Part shown: positions 10,031 through 18,753 of the stretch, piece after piece
Layout: the number at the start of each line of letters is the position of its first letter
Position numbering within the stretch: the first letter of the stretch is position 1
Source: an uncultured delta proteobacterium
GTDB lineage: Bacteria; Myxococcota; Myxococcia; Myxococcales; Anaeromyxobacteraceae
Assembly: GCA_963814585.1 (NCBI GenBank)
Contig: CAWFDF010000008.1
Span: forward strand, 576,001 to 640,000
DNA length: 64,000 bases
Direction of reading: 5' to 3'
Position numbers and translations under genes: made by a program
The notes under the pieces: model-generated
Database searches by the model: none
What the model was told of the DNA's origin: nothing
What the model saw: the letters and a program-made list of their open reading frames with translations, nothing else

Positions 10031-11194
10031 TCACGGACGGGAGGACGGAGGAGGAGGCGGCGGCGGAAACCTCTCGAGCGGGAGCTTCCCCTCATGCAGC
10101 GTCCCGTCCACCACGAAGGTGGGCGTCGACCGGATGTTCGCCTTCATCCCGGCCGCGATGTCGGCCGCCAGGCGCGCCTCGGTCGCCGGCGATCCCAGGC
10201 ACGCCTTGAACCGGCCCACGTCGAGCTTCAACCGGGCCGCCAGCTCCTCGGGAGTCGCCGGCGACCTCTGGCTCGCGTACAGCGCGTCGTCCATCGCCTC
10301 GAACTGCCCTTGCGCCTCGGCGCAGATGGCGGCGCGCGCCAGCGAGCAGGCCCTCTGGTGGAACGGCCGCTTCAGCACGGGGTTGCACGCCTGGTCGAGC
10401 GGGAAGTGGCGCCGCACCACCTGGATGTCCGGCCTGATTCGCAGCACCTCCCGCAGCTCGGCGTGGGCGAGGGCGCAGTAGGGACACTCGTAGTCGCTGA
10501 ACAGCACCGCCGGCCCGGTGGCGGCCGGCAGCGGCGGGAGGATCGACAGGACGTTGCCCGCCGCCGTCGAGCCACTCGGCGGCCTCGCCCGCACCTCGAC
10601 GCGCGGGTAGGTGGCGATGAGGAGCATCACCCCCACCAGGCCGGCCACCACCACGGCCGCCGCCCGGCGTGGATGGCTCCAGGCCGCCCGCAGGTCGGCC
10701 CGCACGGAGGCGGCCGCCCCCACCGGCCGGGAGGCCAGCCAGCCGGTCACCAGCAGCCCGAGCGACACCGCCCAGGACCCCATGCACAGCAGGCACCACG
10801 CGCCCACGCCCAGCTTGGAGATGAACGCCAGCGCCACCGACGTGGCCGCGGTGAAGCCTCCCAGGACCAGCAGCAATCCCGCCGGCCATCGAGGGTGGAG
10901 CCGCCCCGCCGAGAGCCCCCACGCCGAGAGCGACGCGACCACGGCATAGCCGACCACGCCCCAGGCCGCGATCGGCACGCCGAAGAGCACCGACCAGCCG
11001 CTCAAGGCCACCTTGTCGCAGTCGACCTCCTCGCTGATGGTGCAGAAGCTCGTCAACCCGGCCGCGGCGTCGTGGTGGACGCGCACCAGGAGGGCAGCCA
11101 TCGCCATGCCGGCCAGGGCGAGCAGCAGCGAGGCCGCGAAGGCCGCGCGAGGCGTGGGCGGCGTTGGCGTCCTGGGCGCGGGCTGACGGGCCAT
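10031..11194 (-). CDS. VKOR-DsbA/thioredoxin fusion (disulfide bond formation)
   Basis: VKOR loop cysteines (FCTISEEVDC), WCLLC, several TM helices, then FSDYECPYC and STPTF of the DsbA fold. Confidence 0.92.
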   Translation of the reverse strand: MARQPAPRTPTPPTPRAAFAASLLLALAGMAMAALLVRVHHDAAAGLTSFCTISEEVDCDKVALSGWSVLFGVPIAAWGVVGYAVVASLSAWGLSAGRLHPRWPAGLLLVLGGFTAATSVALAFISKLGVGAWCLLCMGSWAVSLGLLVTGWLASRPVGAAASVRADLRAAWSHPRRAAAVVVAGLVGVMLLIATYPRVEVRARPPSGSTAAGNVLSILPPLPAATGPAVLFSDYECPYCALAHAELREVLRIRPDIQVVRRHFPLDQACNPVLKRPFHQRACSLARAAICAEAQGQFEAMDDALYASQRSPATPEELAARLKLDVGRFKACLGSPATEARLAADIAAGMKANIRSTPTFVVDGTLHEGKLPLERFPPPPPPPSSRP

Positions 11195-11209
11195 CGAGGG
11201 GGTGGAGCG

Positions 11210-11512
11210 CTAGTCGATCGAGCAGGGCTTGATAGGCTCACAGGGCTTGGCGTCCGCTGCCTTGCCCGGCTCGACCGTCTTGCCGGTGCCCGCCGCCTTG
11301 CTGGCATCCTCCACCCGGGCCGGAGCGGGCTTCGTGGGTGGCTCGGTCGCCTTGGCCGGGGTGCCTTTGGCCGGGGTGCCCCGGGCTGGCGCCGTCTGGG
11401 CCGGCGCCGCCGCGCTGGAGGACGCATCGGCCGGCGCCTTGTCGATCGTGCCATCCGAGATCGAGATGATCGCCAGAGAGGCGGCGAGCGATTGGGCGAT
11501 GAACTGGTTCAT
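11210..11512 (-). CDS. Small Pro/Ala/Lys-rich protein with C-terminal C-x5-C
   Basis: 100-aa ORF with hydrophobic N-terminus, low-complexity middle, ending KPCEPIKPCSID; 15 bp upstream of VKOR-DsbA. Confidence 0.7.
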   Translation of the reverse strand: MNQFIAQSLAASLAIISISDGTIDKAPADASSSAAAPAQTAPARGTPAKGTPAKATEPPTKPAPARVEDASKAAGTGKTVEPGKAADAKPCEPIKPCSID

Positions 11513-11572
11513 GTGGTGTCTGACCTCGCTGCGGGAGTTAACCCGGACCTCACCTCCCGCGCAACCACCACG

Positions 11573-13393
11573 TCAGCGTGCGGGCTCTCCGCCAGGCGTC
11601 CCGGCCCCGCCGGCGCCGGCGCCGGCCCGAGCTCGCAGCCCGTCCCGCTCCCGCTCCGCGGCCGCCGCCCGCGCCGCCTCGCGCTCCGCCACCGCCCGCG
11701 CCGCCCCGAGCGCCGCGGCGTTGTCGCGAAGCTCCTTCTCCAGGGCCGCCCGCCTCGCCTCCAGCGACCGCGCCTGTCCCTCGGCGTCCCCGACCCGGCG
11801 CCGCGCCTCGTCCCGCTCTCCGCCCAGGCGCCCCGCCTCCTTGAGCGCCGCGGCCTCCCGACGCCCGGCCTCGGCCGCCGCCTCCCGGGCCGTCGCCAGC
11901 TGTGCCTCCACCCCGGCCAGACGCTTGAGCGCCCCCTTGGCCTCCCCCTCCGCCCGGGTGGCGACCTCCCGCCCGTGATCGGCCTCCTGCCGGGCGGCGC
12001 CCAGCGCCTGCTCCAGCCTGGGGAGCTGGGCCAGCCGCGCCTCGACCCGCTTCAGCTCCTTCTGCTTGGAGTCGGCAGCGCCTTCCAGCCGGGCGATCTC
12101 CGCCTCCAGCGTCCCTCGCGAGCGATCGAGCTCCTCGAGCTTCCGTCCCAGCGAGGCCTCACGCGCCGTCAACTCGAGCAGCTTCCCGGTGAGCAGCTGG
12201 TAGCCGGCCACCACCAGGGGAAGGAGCACCGCCACCACCGCGGCGGCCGCGGCCAGCTCGCTCCGGTGGCGCCGGATGAAGAGCGCCGCGCGCCTCAGCC
12301 CGGAGCGGCGCTCGTGCCAGGTCGGCTCCAGCTTGCGGAAGCGGCGCAGCTCATCGGCCAGCGCCCCCGCCGTGCTCGGCCGATCCTCCGGGCGCTGCGC
12401 CAGGGCCCTGGCCACGATCTCGCGCAGCCGCGGGGGGACTCCGCTCGGGAGCGGAGGTGGCCTGGGATCGGCGTCGCCGCTCCGGCCGGCGTGAGGTGCC
12501 GTGCCCGAGAGGAGGAAGTAGAGCGTCCCGCCGAGCGTGTAGACGTCCGAGGCCGGCGTCGGCGGCAGCCGCTCGCGCCACTGCTCCGGCGCCATGTACG
12601 CGACCGTGCCGATGGGGAGCGAGCGCCCGGTCGCCGTTCCACCCCAATCCGGCGCGCTCCGCCGCCCGTCCTGCCGGGCCCGGCCTTCGGCGCCCGGGGC
12701 CGCCTCGTCCGGCTGCGCCGCCGCCAGCGAGGTGGCGATGCCGAAGTCGGCCAGCATCACCCGCCGGCTCTCCGGCGTGAGCAGGACGTTCTCCGGCTTG
12801 ACGTCGCCGTGGACGATGCCGGTCCGGTGCGCGGCATGGACCGCGCCGGCCAGGTCCTCCACCAGCCGGGCTGCGTCCAGCGGGGAGAGCCCGGGCTGCG
12901 CCTCCCGAAGGGAGCGGCCGATCCGGATCGAACCGGGCGCCTCCTCGTCCGGATCGGCGCAGACCGCCATCTCCACGTAGAAGGGACCGCCCTCGATGCG
13001 GCCGGCGTCGAAGACCGGCACCACGTGGGCACTGGGAATGCGCCGCGCCCGTCCGGCCTCGCGCCGCACCTGCTCGACGAACTCGCTCATCCCGGGTCCC
13101 GGGCGCAGCAGCTTGAGCGCCACGTAGCCGTCGAGCGGTGGCCGCCGCGCCAGGTAGACCTTGCCGTGCGCCCCCGCGCCCAGCTCGCGCTCCAGCGTGA
13201 ACGGCCCCAGCTCCACCGGGTACGGTCCCGAGGGCAGTGGCCCGTCCGGCCGGTCGTAGTGGGCCAGCAGCGCGTGGACCAGCTCGGCCAGCGCGGCGTC
13301 GCCGCCGCACAGCTCGTCGACCAGCCTCGCCCACTCGGCCCGGTCCTGCTTGAGGACCAGCTCCACCACCACGTCAGCGCCCAGCCTGGTCAC
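11573..13393 (-). CDS. Hanks-type Ser/Thr protein kinase with one TM helix and C-terminal coiled coil
   Basis: GAGAHGKV, VALK, HGDVKPEN, DFG, GTVAYMAPE and DVYTLG; TM segment LAAAAAVVAVLLPLVVAGY; GTG start overlaps the upstream TGA (GTGA). Confidence 0.92.
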   Translation of the reverse strand: MTRLGADVVVELVLKQDRAEWARLVDELCGGDAALAELVHALLAHYDRPDGPLPSGPYPVELGPFTLERELGAGAHGKVYLARRPPLDGYVALKLLRPGPGMSEFVEQVRREAGRARRIPSAHVVPVFDAGRIEGGPFYVEMAVCADPDEEAPGSIRIGRSLREAQPGLSPLDAARLVEDLAGAVHAAHRTGIVHGDVKPENVLLTPESRRVMLADFGIATSLAAAQPDEAAPGAEGRARQDGRRSAPDWGGTATGRSLPIGTVAYMAPEQWRERLPPTPASDVYTLGGTLYFLLSGTAPHAGRSGDADPRPPPLPSGVPPRLREIVARALAQRPEDRPSTAGALADELRRFRKLEPTWHERRSGLRRAALFIRRHRSELAAAAAVVAVLLPLVVAGYQLLTGKLLELTAREASLGRKLEELDRSRGTLEAEIARLEGAADSKQKELKRVEARLAQLPRLEQALGAARQEADHGREVATRAEGEAKGALKRLAGVEAQLATAREAAAEAGRREAAALKEAGRLGGERDEARRRVGDAEGQARSLEARRAALEKELRDNAAALGAARAVAEREAARAAAAERERDGLRARAGAGAGGAGTPGGEPAR

Positions 13394-14169
13394 GCGTCCG
13401 CCTCCTCTCCCGCCCTGCCCCTCACCTGGCGCGCCGCCACCCACGCCGCGAAGAGCCGCAGGTCCTGCTCCACCCGCGCCGGCGTCGAGCCGAGGGCCGC
13501 GGCGATGGCTGACCGTGACTCCCCGTGAAGGTAGTACCTCCGCGCCGACTCGGAGATGGCCACCCGCCGCCCCAGGCGCGGGTCGACGGCCGCCGCCGCC
13601 GCCGCCCGCTCCACCAGTCCCAGGTCCGGCGCCACCGCCAGCCGCGCCCAGGCGAGGAAGAAGGCGAGCCGCTGCTGGACCATCCCCTTCGACTCGCCGA
13701 GCAGCTCGGCCGTCTCCGACTGGGTGAAGCCGGCCACCAGGTGGCACTCCACCGCACGGGCGATGCGCCGGCGGCGCGAGATGTTGGGATCGGCGCGGAG
13801 CTGCGCCAGCAGCTCCAGCACCGCCAGCGAGTCCTCACGGGAGCCCGTCAGCGCCTCGCCGTGGATCAGCGTGAGCACGGGCAGCAGCGAGGCGGCCTCG
13901 CGCCCACGCCGCCGCGCCGTGGCCCGCCAGCGGGAGATCCAGAGCCGGCGGATGAGGAAGAGGCAGTAGGCGGTGAAGTGGCGGGCGTCCCGGAAGGTGG
14001 TGCGCCGGCGGAGGATCCTCTCCAGCGCGGTGTGCAGGCCGGCGGTGCCGGCCAGCGTCGGCGGAGCGCCCCGGCTCATGGCGCGGACGCGCTCGCGCAG
14101 CTCGTCGTAGGCCTCGGCGACCAGCTGCTCGGTGCTCGGGCCCTGTCCCGCTGTCGCCGCCGTCTCCAT
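13390..14169 (-). CDS. ECF sigma factor (TIGR02999/ECF43-like) with duplicated sigma4
   Basis: LVAEAYDELR...PTLAGTAGLHTAL...FRDARHF resembles the family pattern LLPLVYDELR..HTLQPTALVHEAY..WNDRAHF; two HTH units follow. Confidence 0.82.
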   Translation of the reverse strand: METAATAGQGPSTEQLVAEAYDELRERVRAMSRGAPPTLAGTAGLHTALERILRRRTTFRDARHFTAYCLFLIRRLWISRWRATARRRGREAASLLPVLTLIHGEALTGSREDSLAVLELLAQLRADPNISRRRRIARAVECHLVAGFTQSETAELLGESKGMVQQRLAFFLAWARLAVAPDLGLVERAAAAAAVDPRLGRRVAISESARRYYLHGESRSAIAAALGSTPARVEQDLRLFAAWVAARQVRGRAGEEADA

Positions 14170-14361
14170 CGGAGCGCCCGAGGGTATCCCGGACCGGGGC
14201 TCCAGGGCAGGGGCGGCCGGAATCTCGCCGCGGTGAAAAGGCCCGTTTCGGTCGTGGTGGCGGCAGCTTGGAGGTCCTGCCGGCCCGGGCCCGGTAGCCA
14301 GATGGGCGAGCGGCGGCGTCTGTGGATCACGGGGGCACGTCGCCCCGAGGAGAACACGACC

Positions 14362-14913
14362 ATGCCGACCAGCCAGACCGAGCGACCTTCGCTCGCCACC
14401 GTGCCCGCCATCGCCGACGCCCAGCGCTGGGCCCACCTGCTCGACCACGCCCGCGCCGTCGCCGCCAAGGTGCTCCGCCGGCCCAGGACCCACCCCGACG
14501 TCGAGGACCGCGCGCAGGACGCGCTGGTGGCGTTCCTGGTCTCCGGGATGCCTCGCTTCGACGCCGCGCTGGGAACGCCCGAGGCCCTGCTCGGCACCAT
14601 CGTCCGCAACGGGGCGCTGTCGCAGCTTCGTGACGGCGCCACCCAATCCCGCCTCGGCGCCCAGCTGGCCGCCGAGACGCCCACCTCGAGCCCCGGCTCC
14701 CAGCGCCGTGCCGAGGCGGTCCGCGACCTCGGCCGCGTCCTCTCCCGCCTCTGCCCCGGGCACGCCGAGGCGCTGGTCAGCATCGACCTGGTGGGCGAGG
14801 GGATCGCCGAGGCCGCCCGCCGCCTCGGCAAGAGCTACCAGGCCATGAACGGCCAGGTGGGGCATGCTCGCGCCGCGGCCCGGCGGGTCGCGCTGGAGCT
14901 CGTGGCGGCCTAG
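14362..14913 (+). CDS. ECF RNA polymerase sigma factor
   Basis: GAGGAG SD; sigma2 (DVEDRAQDAL, RFD, TIVRN) and sigma4 (LSRLCPGHAEAL...EAARRLGKS). Confidence 0.85.
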   Translation: MPTSQTERPSLATVPAIADAQRWAHLLDHARAVAAKVLRRPRTHPDVEDRAQDALVAFLVSGMPRFDAALGTPEALLGTIVRNGALSQLRDGATQSRLGAQLAAETPTSSPGSQRRAEAVRDLGRVLSRLCPGHAEALVSIDLVGEGIAEAARRLGKSYQAMNGQVGHARAAARRVALELVAA

Positions 14914-14957
14914 CGTTCCAGCCGCCACGAGCCCAGCCTCCCCGGCCCCACCCCGCC

Positions 14958-15506
14958 CTACCGGCGAGCGACCTGCTGGCCATCGGAGCGCTGGTCGCCC
15001 GGCAGGCGCAGCTCGGCGCGGCGGTTCTGGCTCCAGGCCTCCTCACCCGCACCGCTCACCAGCGGAAGCTCCTTGCCGAACGAGACCGTCTTCAGGGCCG
15101 CCCCGACACCGAGATCCACCAGGTAGGCACGGACCGAGTCGGCGCGGCGGTTGCCGAGCGCCAGGTTGTAGGCGGTGGTCCCGCGCTCGTCGGTGTGCCC
15201 CTCGATGACGACCGAGACCGGCCGCCTCTGCTCGAGGCAGGAGGCGGTGGTCTTCAGCTCGGCGCGGGCGCCGGCGTCGAGGCTCGCCGAGTCGAAGGCG
15301 AAGTGGACCCGCGAGACGGAGCAGGCGGGCGGGTCGGCGACCGGCCGCGGCTCGATGGACGGGGCGGCGGGCGTCGCGGACGAGGCGACGACGTCGCGGA
15401 CCTCGGTCTCGGGCCGAGCGACCGTGGCCGGCGAGGCGCAGCCGGCGGCGAGCGCGGCCAGCAGGGCGCCGAGGAAGAGGGGGGTGACGATACGGTCCAC
15501 GCGCAT
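14958..15506 (-). CDS. pal: Peptidoglycan-associated lipoprotein (OmpA/Pal family)
   Basis: Lipobox LAAGC; VHFAFDS, IEGHTDERGTTAYNLALGNRRA, SFGKE and NRRAE. Confidence 0.9.
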   Translation of the reverse strand: MRVDRIVTPLFLGALLAALAAGCASPATVARPETEVRDVVASSATPAAPSIEPRPVADPPACSVSRVHFAFDSASLDAGARAELKTTASCLEQRRPVSVVIEGHTDERGTTAYNLALGNRRADSVRAYLVDLGVGAALKTVSFGKELPLVSGAGEEAWSQNRRAELRLPGDQRSDGQQVARR

Positions 15507-15606
15507 GTGGGGCCTCCGGGCCTGGTGGCGGGATCGGACCCGCACCCGTGCTACCCACCACCCCTGGAGTTCTCTCGCGCCGCCCCGGGCCTGGCGGCCA
15601 GGACCG

Positions 15607-15993
15607 TCAGCGGACTGGTCCTCCGGGACCAGGTGGCCCGGGGAGGCGCCCCGGCTCTAGGGCGCCCGCCTCGGCGTCGACCGGGCCGCCGGCACGCGAC
15701 GCCTTCGGCAGGGCGTCGACCACCGGCCCTTCCTCGCTGGCTGCCCCGTGATGCGATCCCTCCGCCCAGCCGGGATCGATGCGGACGGTCCGGAAGGTCA
15801 CCGGTCGAAGCGGCGGCGGCGTCCGGCCCGTCAGCCGGTACCAGAGCGAGCGCGCCAGCCCGAGGATCAGCAGCGCGCCGGCCACCGGAAGCAGCACCGC
15901 GAGGCTGGCGGAGACCACCAGCGCCGTCAGCGCCCCGAGCACGACCAGCAGGAGGATGGCCGGAAGGCAGCCGCGGACCTGGACCTGGCGCAT
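15607..15993 (-). CDS. Hypothetical membrane protein
   Basis: Two hydrophobic segments (GCLPAILLLVVLG...); TATACT 6 nt upstream of the ATG. Confidence 0.65.
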   Translation of the reverse strand: MRQVQVRGCLPAILLLVVLGALTALVVSASLAVLLPVAGALLILGLARSLWYRLTGRTPPPLRPVTFRTVRIDPGWAEGSHHGAASEEGPVVDALPKASRAGGPVDAEAGALEPGRLPGPPGPGGPVR

Positions 15994-16053
15994 CACGGGA
16001 GTATAGCCCCCGACCGTGGAGCCCCGTCACGGCGCCCCCCGCAGCGGTGCGGG

Positions 16054-17535
16054 CTAGAGCTGGGGGGTCAGCAGGCGCGCCAGCGACGAGAAGAGCCGGG
16101 CGGGAAACCGCTCCCGCCGCCCCTCCGGCGAGCAGGGCCGCGCCCGCTCCAGGTCGCGGAGGAAGAAGGCGGCCAGCTCCTCCACCGCGGGCCCGCCGTG
16201 GATCGCCGCCACCACCTCGAAGTTGAGCCGCAGGCTCCGGTTGTCGAGGTTGGCCGTGCCGACGATGCCCAGGTCGTCCATCACGCAGGTCTTGGCGTGG
16301 ACCATGGGGGGCCCGTACCGGTGGATGGCCGCGCCGGCCGCCAGCAGCCCCTGGTGGAAGGTCCGGCTGGCCGCGTCCACCAGCCGGGAGTCGGTCCGCG
16401 CCGGCACCAGCAGGCGGACGTCGACGCCGCGAAGGGCCGCGCTCTCCAGCGCCGCGGCCATCGGCTCGCTCGGCAGCAGGTACGGCGTGGTGAGCCAGAT
16501 CCGGCTCCGCGCCCCGGCGATGGCCGCGAAGTAGAGCGCCTCGACGGCGTGGCCGGTCTCGTCGAGCCGCGACTGGCGCGGGCCGGTCTCGTCGGGTCCG
16601 GAGGCGACGATCTGCACCAGGTGGTCTCCGCGGTCCGCCTCGGGGAAGTAGCGGGCCCGGAGGCCCTCGGACTCCGGCGGTGGCTCGCCCGGGCGGGAGA
16701 AGAGCCAGTCCTCCAGGAAGGCCAGCTGCAGCCCGTGGACCGCGTTGCCGGCCAGGCGCACCTGGGTGTCGCGCCAGGCCGCATCGCCCTGCGCCTCGCG
16801 GCTGTGGTTGTCGCTGATGTTGACGCCGCCGGTGAAGCCGGTGAGCCCGTCGCAGACCACGATCTTCCGGTGGGAGCGGAAGTTGAAGAACCGGGCCGAG
16901 GCCTTTCCGCCGAAGGCCGGGTTGAAGCGCGCCACCTGGCCGCCGGCCGCGAGCAGCGGCGCCAGGAAGGCGCGGGTCAGGGCCGAGGAGCCCGCGGCGT
17001 CCACCAGCAGCCGCACGGTGACCCCGGCGCGAGCCCGCTCCACCAGGGCGTCGCGCACCCGGGTCCCGATCCGATCCGGCGCGAAGATATAGTACTCCAG
17101 GTGAACATGGTCCCGGGCGGCGGCGATGGCCTCGACGATGGCCTGGAAGGCCCGGTCCCCGTCGTCGTAGAGCGTGACCGAGGTGGCGGTCTCGGCCGGC
17201 ACGGCGGTGAGCGTGCGCGCCAGCTGGAGCAGCTGCCGGGTCGGCAGCGGCGCGGCGGCCTCCAGCGCCTCCCAGGCCTCGGGCTTGCCCGGGACGCTCT
17301 TGCGGGCCGCGGCGCGGCGGAGCAGGCGACGCTTCAGCCGGCGCGGGCCGAGGAAGAGGTAGACCGGCACGCCGACCACGGGCAACATCGCCAGACCGAG
17401 GATCCAGGCCAGCGTGGTGACCGGCGGCCGCCGCTCCTGCAGCATCCACCCCGCCATGAGGACGAGCCAGAGCGCCTCCAGCCCCACCAGCGTGGCGGGG
17501 GATCCGAGCGTCTCGAGGAGGCGGGCTCCCGTCAT
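16054..17535 (-). CDS. cls: Cardiolipin synthase (PLD family)
   Basis: N-terminal two-TM PLDc_N domain; two HKD motifs, HRKIVVCD and HAKTCVMD; NLDNRSLRLNFE. Confidence 0.93.
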   Translation of the reverse strand: MTGARLLETLGSPATLVGLEALWLVLMAGWMLQERRPPVTTLAWILGLAMLPVVGVPVYLFLGPRRLKRRLLRRAAARKSVPGKPEAWEALEAAAPLPTRQLLQLARTLTAVPAETATSVTLYDDGDRAFQAIVEAIAAARDHVHLEYYIFAPDRIGTRVRDALVERARAGVTVRLLVDAAGSSALTRAFLAPLLAAGGQVARFNPAFGGKASARFFNFRSHRKIVVCDGLTGFTGGVNISDNHSREAQGDAAWRDTQVRLAGNAVHGLQLAFLEDWLFSRPGEPPPESEGLRARYFPEADRGDHLVQIVASGPDETGPRQSRLDETGHAVEALYFAAIAGARSRIWLTTPYLLPSEPMAAALESAALRGVDVRLLVPARTDSRLVDAASRTFHQGLLAAGAAIHRYGPPMVHAKTCVMDDLGIVGTANLDNRSLRLNFEVVAAIHGGPAVEELAAFFLRDLERARPCSPEGRRERFPARLFSSLARLLTPQL

Positions 17536-17634
17536 CTCGCTGCTCCTATCACGGAAGGCCGACCGTCGGCGTCAGGCCCTTGCCGGTGGCCGGGAATGTG
17601 ATTTACGCGCCACCTTTGGGTACATTCCTCGCAG

Positions 17635-18747
17635 ATGATCGATGCCGTCCATTGCGGAAGTTGCGGCCGAGAGGTCCCCCGGCCGTCCGGCCCCGGCGCG
17701 GCCTGTCCCGCCTGCCGGGCGCCGCTGGCACCGGGCGCCCAGGCCGTTCCGGCCCGGACCGTGCCGGCCGGGGTCGAGGCCGTCGAGGTCCCGTTCCTGG
17801 CGGGCGACTTCGAGGACCTGGAGCTGGGCCCGGAGCCGGGCACGGCGCCCTCCCCGCCGTCACCCAGCCGACCCGACGCCCTCGGCGAGGCGCCCGCCTC
17901 GCGCCACACCCAGAGCGAGTCCTCGCGAGCCGCGGCCCGCATGGCCAACGTCCCGACCTTCAAGGCCGCCAGCGCGCGAGGCGGGTTCCCCATCCTCCCC
18001 ATCGGCATGGGCCTGGCGCTGATCCTCGGCGTCACCGCCTTCGCCCTGCTTCGGGGTCGGCCGGCGGCCCCTGCCGTCGTCGCGGCGCCCTCCAGGGAGC
18101 TGGAGGTCGCCAGGATCGGACGGCCGCCCGAGCCGTCCCCGTCGGTCTCCTCCGAGCCGGATCCTCCCGCCCCGGTGGTGACGATGGACCTCCCGGCCGA
18201 CGAGATCCGGGTGCCTCGGCCTCGGCCCAAACCCCACGAACGCGAGGCTCGGGCTCGCCCGGCCCGCCCGGCCGCACCGCCGGCTCGCGAGGTCACCCGC
18301 CCGGACAAGCCAGCCAGCAACCGCCTCGCCCCCGCGCCGGCGCCGGCGCCGGCGCCGAGAGTCGAGCCCGATCCCGTGCCGCCGCCCCAGTTCGTGGCCG
18401 CCCCACCGGCCGAGCCCCCGAGCCTCCCGGCGCCACTGGCCATCGGCCCGAGCTTCGCCCGCGAGGGCTACCAGAAGGCCCGGCCCTCGACGCCGGGCTG
18501 CGTCGCCGCCTCGCTCCGCCTGCCTCGTGACATCGCCGACGTCAGCGGAGCGAGCGCCACCGTGAAGTTCGCGGTGGACGAGACCGGGAAGGTCTCGCAG
18601 TTCAGCTACCTCTCGGGGCCCGACGAACCGCGAATCGGCGCCGCCATCTGGGCCGCGGTCCAGCGCTGCGAGTGGACCCCCGGCGCCACCGGGCAAGGGA
18701 AGCCCATCGCGCTCTGGGTGACCATGCCGATCAAGTTCGGCAGGTAG
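17635..18747 (+). CDS. Zn-ribbon / TM / Pro-rich / TonB C-terminal domain protein
   Basis: N-terminal CGSC...CPAC, single TM, Pro-rich linker, and VKFAVDETGKV...AVQRCEWTPG..GKPIALWVTMPIKF (TonB_C). Confidence 0.8.
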   Translation: MIDAVHCGSCGREVPRPSGPGAACPACRAPLAPGAQAVPARTVPAGVEAVEVPFLAGDFEDLELGPEPGTAPSPPSPSRPDALGEAPASRHTQSESSRAAARMANVPTFKAASARGGFPILPIGMGLALILGVTAFALLRGRPAAPAVVAAPSRELEVARIGRPPEPSPSVSSEPDPPAPVVTMDLPADEIRVPRPRPKPHEREARARPARPAAPPAREVTRPDKPASNRLAPAPAPAPAPRVEPDPVPPPQFVAAPPAEPPSLPAPLAIGPSFAREGYQKARPSTPGCVAASLRLPRDIADVSGASATVKFAVDETGKVSQFSYLSGPDEPRIGAAIWAAVQRCEWTPGATGQGKPIALWVTMPIKFGR

Positions 18748-18753
18748 CAGGCG

